From positions 21,576,001 to 21,640,000 of the forward strand of contig NC_043005.1 of the NCBI RefSeq assembly GCF_006345805.1: a stretch of DNA of 64,000 nucleotides. Reading direction: 5' to 3'. The notes under the pieces were generated by a model. That model saw only the letters and a program-made list of their open reading frames with translations, ran no database searches and had not been told where the DNA came from. Shown here one piece after another: positions 40,183 through 50,959 of this stretch (position 1 is the first letter of the stretch; each line of letters begins with the position of its first letter). Made by a program: the position numbers and the translations under genes. This DNA is from Octopus sinensis. Taxonomy: Eukaryota.

Positions 40183-40998
40183 AGGTCTGATTACCAGTAT
40201 CTGGACTGTTGCCATAGTAACGAAGTTAAAGCACGCAAAGTGAAGCACACAGAGTAGCACAGATTGACCTTGAACTCTGCTGTGCATGTGCACTAAGTTT
40301 TAACATTCTAGATCACCTCCACTGCTTACAGCAAAGCTTGGAAGGAAGATGTTTAGCGTGTAATCATCACATTGAGACATGACAGAGAACATTGAGCTGA
40401 GAATCTGCATCAAATTTTGCTGAAAGCTTGGTGATATTTGCTCAGAGGCCTACACAATGTTTTCATCTTGACACGATCAAGGAGATCTTGTGCAACTGAA
40501 ACCTGAGTGTCCTTTTGGTCAGCTGAAAGCAGTTTTGGCACAAACTTGGCAGACACGCATCTCACACCCAAATCTTCAGTGCTGATAACTCATGGATGGT
40601 GATTCAACAATTTCCCCTCACATCTACAATGCTTTTCTCAGTTCTGCTGCTTGTAGGTCTCCCGAACATTTGTCACTATCGACATTTTTTGTCCAGCCTG
40701 GAAACGTCTGAAACACTTGTACATTGGTGTGCAGCTTATACACTCCTCTCCATACACTTTCTGCAACTTTGCCTAGGCCTTTGGGCAGTATCACAATTTT
40801 CTCTTACATGGTCAAGGTGACGATCATGCCATACACACTTTCCTTCCAAGCACTGATGTACACAGTAGAAGTGAGCTATAATGTTAAAATTTAGTGCGCA
40901 TGCACAGCAGAGTTCAAGTTCAATCTGTGCCAAGCAGCTTCACTTTGCATGCATTAGTTTTGTTACTCTGGCAACAATCCGGATACTTATTGATCAGA
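40183..40998. mobile_element. Mariner derivative made of two inverted 5' ends
   Basis: Both arms carry TIR + cacagattga(c/a)cttgaactctgctgtgcatg; same family as 31985-32783; the minus arm reaches RVSAKFVPKLL. Confidence 0.8.
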
Positions 40999-41399
40999 TG
41001 TTGGATGGATGGACATGTGTGTTATAAGTACATTTTTAAAACACGAACACTACAAACTGACACAAAACTTGTGCCTTTATTTGTATGCTTTCTGAGTTCA
41101 CATTTTACAACCTGATGCAATATGATCAATATTATCCACTTGCTAATTACATTTGTGTCATTTACTTATGGAAGTAGTTCAATAAATATTCTTATTTATT
41201 TGTATTTAGTATTTTTGAGAAGCAACCATATTATTTCAGGTCAATAAAATGAAATTATAATCAAGTACTAGGGTTGTCTATCCACCTTCCTTTAATTATT
41301 GCTGGTCTTTTGCCAAAATTTTGAGCATTTGTTTTATTGTTGTTATTGTTTGTGTTCTTCTTCATCATCATCATCATCATCCTTATCATCAATCTGGGC

Positions 41400-41914
41400 C
41401 TACAAAGAGCAAAGACATGGTATGAGCAAACTCTAAAAGGAGTCACTTAAAATGAAAATTGCAAAATCCTGTGGGATGTAATGATCCAGTGCAATCACCT
41501 GACAAGATATCGGAAACTGAACATTGTTGTGTTGAATAGAAAAGAAAGAACATGTATCATAATCAGCATAGCATGCCCTGATATAAACAGGATCAACATG
41601 AAAGAAGGAAAAATAAACAACTATGACAATTTAAAATGGGAAATACGATGGTTGTGGGATCAATGAAGAGAGTAGTCATGATACCAATAGTAATTGGTAC
41701 ACTTGGAAGTATCAGCATTCAACTACCAACATGGCTGAAAAAGATCGGTGCAAGAGTGAAGATAGAACAAAAATCAACATTGCTTGGAACTGCAAGAATT
41801 CTTTGCAGGGTTCTTGAAGCATGACCAGTAAATAAGTGTCACCTTAGTTTTCTGGCTGCAGGCACGACACTTTCCAACTTACATGGCAAAATAAGTTGTG
41901 AGATTCCATATAAC

Positions 41915-41955
<41 letters not shown>

Positions 41956-41960
41956 TAATA
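41400..41960 (+). mobile_element. R4/Dong-like 3' fragment ending in (TAA)n
   Basis: KILWDVMIQC...KYDNLKWEI and IPIVIGTLG...LLGTARILCRVL (ORFs 41481..41666, 41636..41824); (AAT)n at 41914-41958. Confidence 0.75.
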
Positions 41961-42129
41961 AATGAACACTTTTGATTAAATATAAAGTCAACCAGAGACT
42001 GGTTACTTTGCCCCACTGCAGAAAATTTACAATGCAAAAATTTTGAAGGTGAAACAACAGAACAAGCAGGATGTCCTGAATGCACTTGTGTGAACATGGA
42101 CAAACTGCATCAGGTCATCCAGATCATAT

Positions 42130-43960
42130 TCAGATCAGGTATTCTGTAGGCTGGTAGTTAAGAATAGCATAAGTTGTCCTCAAATTAAAACCATTGGCTA
42201 CACACCTTAAATTTGTGATGTGTACAGTTGATTTAAAAAGGATTTGTAAATGGGGACATGGTTCCTGAAAAGTGAAGATGTCACTGCCAGTGCACCTAGC
42301 TCACAGGAATGAGATTAGTGAATCAGTTAAATGGATTGTGATGGGGCAATCATCAAAAACAAATGGTGGCTCACTTTGAAAAGTGTTTAAAGCAAAATCA
42401 TTAATATTTTATAAGGAAATGGTGATAGATAAAAATTTAATAAATGGATTTAGATAGAGACTTAGAAGACACACTTAAGAAAGGCAACACAACTGATAGG
42501 CTTGCAGTGATACTGGCTCTAGAATAATTGTTAGATATAAAGCATGGAGGCTTGATTGTCAGATATATCAAATGCTTTGAGACACAAGGCATTTTGATGA
42601 GCCCAAGTGGCTGGGATGCAACATGGCAATAAAGCCACAATTCAGTCTTTTGCAGACCCTGGTGGGTATGTGTTACTAGATCACAAACAGGTCTGTGAGG
42701 CTTTCTAGCAGTATTTTGCACATTTGTTCAGGATAAGTGACAAGCTGGATCATATAATGGATTTCAGGGCCCAACTTGACAGCCTGCCATGACACTCTGT
42801 AAGAGATGTGCAGTGTTTCTAAAGCCATTAACAGCCATAGGAGTTTGAGACTCAATGATTAACTGTACAAGTCTGGAGAGATACCTGCCTTGGATTGTCT
42901 ACCCAACAAGCTATACTTTTGTATGTCAGACTTGTTTCAAAATCCTTGGTTGACATCCATTACAACTGGCAGAGGAATGATAGAATCCCTGGTTATGTGA
43001 GTTAGAAAGCAATGGCACTGGTTAAAAGCAACCCAAACAATGGGGATCACATTGAAAATTTTTGGTCCATAACTCCTTTGAACGTATATTGCAAGATTTA
43101 ATCCAACATTTTCACCAAAATGCAAACATGTACCATCACAAATATATCTATCCATGATAACCTCCACTTCATGTGATACATAATAGAGAGGGTAGAGGAA
43201 AAAGCCCGTGTGAGTAGGGCCATAATCAATTTAGATCAGTCAAATGCTTCTGATAGGGTTTACACATAATACTTGGCTATCATTCTTAAAACAGGTGGTT
43301 TCAGTCCCATCTTTGGCAGTTGGTTCACCATAATGTACTAGAATATTTCCTTCATGGTGAGAGTTCCAAATGGGAACTATTCAGCATCATACTCACGGTA
43401 TGTCAAGGTTGTTCTTTCACAGCTCTTCTGAATGTTCTAACTGGGAGTCACTAACATGGAAACTAAAGACTTTGAGGGGTATCCTAGATGATGTAGGATA
43501 AGAAAATTCAATGTTAGTACCAGACATTTCAGGGCACTTACTAAGCAATTATGTAGCAGTGACAAGAGCAAAAATCAACCAAGAAATGTCAGTGGGCCTG
43601 CAGCTCAGCTCCTGAGAAGGCGAGACCATTATTTCCAATTGTTTTGTGTACTGCTTGATGGTCAGGCTGGTTAAATTGCTTGGAGCTTGCTTTGGTCCAG
43701 AGCTCCAGATAGAGAAATGGGACAAAGTGATGAGCAATGTAACCAATATCTCCCAGAAATGAGAAAAGCTAAGTGTGAAAGATTTAGAAGAAGGAGCAAA
43801 CAAATATATCAACTCCATCAATGTTTTTTTTTTAATATTTGAAAGCCATCATTTTCATTATTTTCTAAAGGGACATTTTATTATAAAAATACAGCCCATC
43901 CACAAAATTATTTTTCTGCATAAGATACCCTTCTCAGAATTAATGTGAATTCTAATACAT
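42130..43960 (+). mobile_element. Decayed Tx1/L1-clade LINE RT fragment
   Basis: ITPLNVYCKI, SIHDNLHF, IINLDQSNASDRV (LDQSKAFDRV-like) and GAKIN-like blocks with many stops. Confidence 0.7.
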
Positions 43961-44330
43961 CATGTGTCACACATGGAACCTCGTCTCATGGTTTTAGATT
44001 GTAGATAATACATTTGCACATTCCTCTTCTGATGGTGTGCTTTTTAAAAAAATTAAATTACCAAAAGGATAGTTCATATGCGGGTTGACCATCGTTTGAA
44101 CTATGTTAAGATTCTACAAGTCATTTTGTGAATCGGTTATTTGTTTATAACACAGGCATGTGTAACCCATATCTGCATGAAAAATGAACATTCAATGATG
44201 GTGATAATAATTATGAGGGGGATGATGATGATCATTTAAAACAAACTGAGAGCTAAATTCTATATAATATTTAATATGCATGTGTGAATATAAAATGTTT
44301 TTCTTGTTTTCTTTCATTTTTTTTATCTAG

Positions 44331-44564
44331 CTGATGATGATCTTTTTACATTTAAAAAAACTGCCATACCAGGGCATGATACATTTGGTCAGATTAAAGG
44401 AGTCACTTTAAAGGAGTGTGATCGTGCTTGCCTTCAAATTCCAGGATGTAAATCATATGAGTATCATGCAAAAAAAGAATTCTGTAATCCATCTAATGAG
44501 ACTCACCTGACTTATGACCTTAAACCCAACAAAGATGGATGGGATATACATATCATGAACCCAG
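44331..44564 (+). CDS. Exon C2: PAN/Apple domain, subtype C (234 nt, phase 1-1)
   Basis: atctag|CT GAT GAT...AAC CCA G|gtcagt; DDDLFTFKKTAIPGHDTFGQIKGVTLKECDRACLQIPGCKSYEYHAKKEFCNPSNETHLTYDLKPNKDGWDIHIMNP. Not in the ORF track. Confidence 0.9.
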
Positions 44565-45279
44565 GTCAGTGAAGTGTAATTCATTTAATTTTATGTGTGT
44601 TTGCATGCATGCGTCTACATATACCATATGTATTATATGTATGTTTATAATACACACACACCCACGCACACAGAGATACATATATACCTTAGTTCAAGGG
44701 AATACTCTAGCTTATGTAGATATGGCTTGTATATAACACTGAAAGGTAAAAATAATAGACCAATAAAATTCATTAGTCAATATATCACATTCACTTCATT
44801 GTATATCAAAATTAATGGAGTAATTTTGTTAACATGACAAATGCTCCAGATTGAATAGCAATGTACATAGTATAGTATGTGATGAATAAACTTAGGAATA
44901 ATGAAAAATGGAGAAATAATCTTAAGTACAATGCATATCTGTGAAGCAGACAATTTCAAACTATAAGTGTAATTACATCATAAAATAATGATATAATAAA
45001 TATGCTTCATCTTCGGGTATAACACCACTCAGATCAAATCAAATTCCACGTTGAGTATTGATGCAAATATCAAGTGTTTTATGAAATATCTACACTTATG
45101 ATTTGGTAATGTGCTGTATTTAACTGCATTTGTTCATAAATATTACTGATATGGCAGTTTGGTCAGGGGAGCCTGACAGAGTAAGTACCAGATTTAAAAA
45201 CAGGTACTGGATTCAGTTTGTTATATATGTGTGTGTGTGTGCGTGCATAATCACAAATTCAAAAGAATGGAACTATTGA

Positions 45280-45781
45280 TATGTAAGCTACTTACATTTC
45301 TTAACTAGCTGAAGTTCATTACATAAGTATTATGTAATAAACACTTTAATAAACACATAAATTGGAACACAGTATACAAGGAAGCCACTGCAACTATCCT
45401 TAATCTTTTTTAATAAGACTTTATTGCCTGAATACTTAACCACTCATTCCTCATAATGATGTTTTTTCTTTTCTTTTTTCATTCCTTCCCTTTCTTCTTT
45501 TCTTCCTACTCTTTGACCCTTAACCACACTCACACTATCCATGGTTTTCGTTCCAACTAACACCAAAACATTCGTTGGTTGTTTAAACTTGCTTTCAGTA
45601 TTTTGTTTTGCTTTTGTTTTTTTCTTGTTATTGACTTTTCTTTTCATTTGAAATTCCTTGCAGCAATGTAAACTTCATTGAGGTAATTTCAGCCTGATTA
45701 TTACATACACTGTGGAGAGTTTGTTATGTAATACTTATGTAATTAGCTTCAGCTAGTTAAGAAACATATGTAGTTTACATA
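45280..45781. mobile_element. MITE-like element with ~60 bp TIRs
   Basis: tatgtaagctac...ttcttaactagctgaag...attacataagtatta mirrored at taatacttatgtaattagcttcagctagttaagaa...tagtttacata. Confidence 0.7.
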
Positions 45782-46599
45782 TTATTGACAGGGTTTATTC
45801 AAGAATGTATGAAGGCCTACAATCTTGATATCAGTGAGAACCTTTGAGTGTCATATAGTTTCTATCATACAGCAGCTAGGAAACAAAAGCAACAAAAATT
45901 AATACATAAACCAAGTGCTGAAACACAAAGAGAAGAGCATCATGTATCTCAGCAGTGATCTCTGTAAGAAGCAATCTCTTCATGACCCAAAAGAGCCTGG
46001 CTAATATAACTCAAAGAAGTCCTAGCTGTGAAACACACAGCACACCAAAGAAAAAAAACTATGCTTGTGTGTATTTGTTGAAGATTTGGAGAAGACAAAA
46101 ATATTGTCATGAAATGCAGCCTTCCTGGACTCATGACCACTACATAATGTCACACTTCAAAGCTTATAGGTTTGCTATATGTACCGAATGCACCTCTATC
46201 TAAAAGCTGTATGGCCCTCATAAGACATTCATCTCTTAGCTTGCTTAGTGACTAAAAAATCAAAGAGCATGTGACACTGATTAAGGACTTCTCTAAGTTG
46301 ATCAAGGAGAAATAACATCACACTTTGAAGACTATATGTTCACAATTCAAGAGAAGGTGATTGCTACAGAATACCCAATAAATAAAAGAAACAGCGAAGT
46401 CATTGGAAGCTCAAAATGCAAGAAGACATTGCTATTGTCATATTTCTGTGGAAGACATCACAAATCTGATCAGCAACTGCCCAAAAATGTCATCAAGGTA
46501 CTATTTGCTAATGTGACATGATGTTGTACCTAACACAATATACAACGCTATCTGAAAACAAGAATGTTCCGGGATAACTACTGAAGATCCCTCTATAAT

Positions 46600-48499
46600 T
46601 GAATATATACACAATACTTCCATATCATAACATTTCTCATGACTGTATTTTCTGTGAATCTTTTCTTAGGCTGGTTAATATGTCTTTTGTATTTGAAAAT
46701 TTTACCTTTTTTAGGAATATCGTTCTTCCAATTTGTTTAAATATTATAATGTCCTCCCAGCTTTCTTTATCATATCTGCATGACCTAGTTTCTTGGAAGG
46801 TTTATACTCCATCTTGATATCATAGTTTAATAATATTGTACCCCAGTGTTGTAACCCATTTCTGGTATGGGTAGAAATTCCCTTTTTTGATACAATAATT
46901 GATAATAATGGACAATAATGAGTTTCTAGATGAAAACTTCTACTGTGCAAAAAATTGTTGAATTTTTCATGGCAGAAATGATTGCTAGAGCTTCTTTTTT
47001 GATTTGACTACAATTTTTCTTTGCTGATATCAGAGAACATGAGTCATGAACCACTGCCTTCATGTTACCATCTTTATATTTAAGTAGTATTACTGCTCCT
47101 GTATCATACTCAGAAGCATCTGAAGCTTCAATAATCTCCATTGTAGGATCGAAATGCAGTAACAACAAATCAGATATATTTTTTCTTCTTCAAACACCTT
47201 TTGACAGTTTTCTGATCAATTCTTTTCCTTATCCTTTATCAGCAGATTATTCGGTGGAAGCTACACCTTATGCATATTCAGAATATAATTTTGGTAATAA
47301 TTTGCCAGTCCTAAAAATGCTTGTAAGATCACTGTATTATTCGCAGGGGGAATATTTTTAATTGCATCTGCCCTCGATGGATCTGGTCAATGTCCCTTTC
47401 TGTCAATGATTTGTCCTAAATATCTTATTTTCTGGAAGAAAAATTCACACTTTTCTTCACTCAAAGTAAAGCTGTAATCCCTAATTTTTTGAAATACATA
47501 TTTTATGTGCTCAACATGTTGATCCCTATATTCACTTTTAATGAGTATATCATCCACATATGGAATTGCGAATTCACAGTCTGCTAACATTGCATCCATA
47601 ATCTGTTGAAAAAACACTGGTGCAAATTTTAAGGCAAATGGTGACCTGTTGTATTTATGCAGTCATTTATGCAGTCAACTCATTCATTTTGTATTTCTCA
47701 CTCTCTGTTAAACACTCCAGCATAGGTGCCAAAATCTTCATCATCTCTTTTGACCAGCATGTATTGAACAGAGAACCTTTTTGCAAGCCAGTATTGAACA
47801 GAGAACTCCTTTCTCTGAAAATTTTCCATAAACTATTGTTCCATCAAAACAAACTCACCTGGTTTCTTTGACAGAATATAATTACTATATTTTTCAGGTT
47901 CAGTAGAGGATAAATTTCTTAAAATTACAAATGTTTTTCTCATCGGACCAACTGTTAAACACTTCTTTGAAGATTTCTTCATATCTATGAAAATATGCAG
48001 AGAAGGTAGTACCTTCTTCTGGTTTATAGCTGAATTTTTCAATTGAGTCTGCTACACTGTCAAGCAAGTACAAACCTGAAGTATTTTCAAACTCCCTCAG
48101 CATTAATTCCAGCAATTATTGGTTTAGTTGTTGTTGCTGTTGTAGTTGCTGCTGCTACTAATTGCAATGGCAACACAGAGGCCAATAAGTTATCCATGTT
48201 AAATGATTCTTTGTTTAGTTTCATACTAAAATGTAATTTAAACATCCAATGCAAGCTTTGAACAACTCATCGCCACTTTTATATCCTTGTCGTGGATATA
48301 TACTGTAATAAAGCAATGGGGAAGGAAGTATACACACGATGCACTACTATTACTATTATATGAGATTCAATGCTCTATATCAAAGGATCATAGTGAAGTG
48401 CTACCAACACAAACTGCCAATTTCTCACAGTTCTTCAATTTATAACAATGAGTGAGTCACTTTAGTCACTTGGGGGTTGGTCGGAATCCTTCCACAACA
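46600..48499 (-). mobile_element. Deleted Ty3/Gypsy LTR retrotransposon (5' LTR, PBS, gag, RT, RNase H fragments)
   Basis: YVDDILI...KCEFF...YLGQII (47387..47617); SDASEY..GAVI...SQIKKEALAII (46926..47168); minus-strand LTR starts TGTTG at 48499; PBS-like TGGCGATGAG at 48276-48267. Confidence 0.85.
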
Positions 48500-48652
48500 C
48501 ATATATACATACATGTATTTATATGTGTGAGCAAATTTCTTCAGTTTGTTTCTCACAATATGTTTTATTGTAACATTTTCTTAATCTCCTCATTCTCACC
48601 CTCTTCCTAACGTGCACACATCATTGATGTCAGTTTTTTTTTTCAATTCCAG

Positions 48653-48823
48653 CTTACAACAAAATAGACTGTGGAACACCAAGAGACATTGCTGGTGCAT
48701 CAAAGTCCTACAATACCACCAAATATAGATCTGAAGTGATCTACAAATGTCCACGGGAAGAAAAACTAGTGTCGAGATGTGAAAAGGACAAAAAGTGGAC
48801 TGTGGTAGATTCTGCTTGTGAAG
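48653..48823 (+). CDS. Exon S4: short Sushi/CCP domain (171 nt, phase 1-1)
   Basis: ttccag|CT TAC AAC...TGT GAA G|gtaaaa; YNKIDCGTPRDIAGASKSYNTTKYRSEVIYKCPREEKLVSRCEKDKKWTVVDSACE. Confidence 0.88.
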
Positions 48824-50788
48824 GTAAAACAAATAGATTTTCTCTTGTTAATTCTCTCTATGTAATTTTTATTTATCTTTGTGCTAAATGTCTTCTGTCA
48901 GAATGGGACTGGTTAACTCTATGGCAATTTCCACCATGATTGTGGATTGTAATCAGATAAATATACAGAAAATATAAGTGCACATGATATACACTTGAAA
49001 AAGATGATGATGTTGATGATAATGATACAATCCTCCTGATTCAGGACTACTTCAATTTTGACCTATGAAGAAAACCTATGACCTGAAATCACTGTTTACA
49101 CTGCTGATTGGATATCCTCAATAAATGTCATTCTTTAATCAACAGGTTTATACAGATTTATCCCATTAAGTCTTGAAAATTTTGCCACTTTCACCCTATT
49201 TCAATGAATTCACACAAGGACAATATATCTCTCATCACTCTCATTTTCATTTACAAGTGAAACTTGACATAAAAATGAGTTATCAAACAAACATGGAAGT
49301 CACAGTCCTTAGACCTGTCAGACTTATCTACCTTGGACTTATTTTCCTTTAGCTTCAAGAATGTAATATTATCAGGGCTAGTGGTTGGTATTTGAGTAGT
49401 GAGAATACAATATTGAGAGAGCCATTTATTTTTGTCTTATCAACAACATGGTGACCTGTGTAGTGCTGGTGCCATTATACAAACTGAGAGTGGATGGTGT
49501 TGTCAATGGCATTCAACCAAGAAACCATGCCAAATATAACATACAAGTGAGAAGTGAAACTGAAATTTAATAATAATTTAAAGGACAGTACTTTCAAATA
49601 CAAACTGAGTTACTTACTACAAACTGTCCAGTCAAGGCCAGCAGCTTGAAAATTAGACATGTTATGATAATAATGAAGATATACATATACGTACTTACAT
49701 ACATTCATACATACATACATACATATTCATATTTATATTTATATATATGTATGTCATCTCATCAGGGTAACAAGCCAAAGTCATTTATAAATATTTAACC
49801 CTTTTGTACTTAAACCAGCCAAAATATTCTAACTGTTTCAAGCTAAAACTGGTCAGATATGGTCTTTCATAGCTACCTTACAGTGTCATTTCAAAATTAA
49901 GCAATCACATTATTGAAATCTCAAAGCTATGAAATAATGCATGATTAACTTAAAATGGGGTCAATACATAAGTTTCATATTTGACAGAATAATCTAAAAT
50001 GCTTAATGGTTAATGAAGCAAATAGAAAGAAAGCTGAGAAGAGGAAATGTAAAAAGGAAGAGGTAGCAAGTGGTAGAGAGGAAAAAAAAACAAACAAAAG
50101 GGAAATGGCTGAACAATATAGTAGTAAAGAGGATAGAAAGTATAGGTATACTAGAAAATAAATAAACATATAAATCTTTGCCTTTTACTTGTTTCAGTCA
50201 TTAGACTACAGCCATGCTGGGGCACCTCCTTGAAGAATTTTAGTTGACAGAATAGACCCCAGTACTTATTGCACATTCTTGGAGCATACTAGCTTCATTC
50301 ATCTCTAGTCTTTGCAGATCATCTCCATTCACAGTCCACATCTCACTGCCATATAGTATACTTGTTTCTACACATGAACATACAATCTGCCTTTCACTCA
50401 AAGAGAGAGATCTTTTGTTGCTAGCAAAGATAATAGCTCTCTAGGCTTTATCTCATTTTATTAATCAAGCAACTACACATTCAGAATATCCTACTCTGCT
50501 GCTAATTAGGTCACCCATGTAACAGACACTGTCTACAACTTCCAGGAGGCTTCCTGGAAAATCCAATTCCTGTGTGTCCTTAATATTTACTGTTCCTGCA
50601 CATCTGCCACATTACAAAGACTACTTTCTCTGTTAACCTTCCAGTAATTCCACTGCACCTCTTATATGTCTATATGTTGCACAGAGTACAGCATATGGAA
50701 TTCCTACCAACACCTTTCCTACTTATTTAACAGGGCACACACATAATATACATGCAACATTCTTGTCATTTTCTGTTTTCAATTTCAG

Positions 50789-50959
50789 CTTTTGAAGAAA
50801 TCGACTGTGGAAATCCAAAAGACATTGCTGGTGCAGACAAGTCCTATGAAACTACTACCTATAAATCTGAAGTGACCTATACTTGCCCAGAGGGAGAACA
50901 AATAAAGTCAATATGTGAAAAGGACAACAAATGGTCTCCAATTGTGGAAACTTGTAAAG
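50789..50959 (+). CDS. Exon S5: short Sushi/CCP domain (171 nt, phase 1-1)
   Basis: tttcag|CT TTT GAA...TGT AAA G|gtaaca; FEEIDCGNPKDIAGADKSYETTTYKSEVTYTCPEGEQIKSICEKDNKWSPIVETCK. Confidence 0.88.

Noticed and set aside
45850-46560. Possible piggyBac- or Tc1-like remnant
   Set aside because: Only vague Cys/Lys-rich similarity; no catalytic motif or TIR/TTAA could be established by eye.
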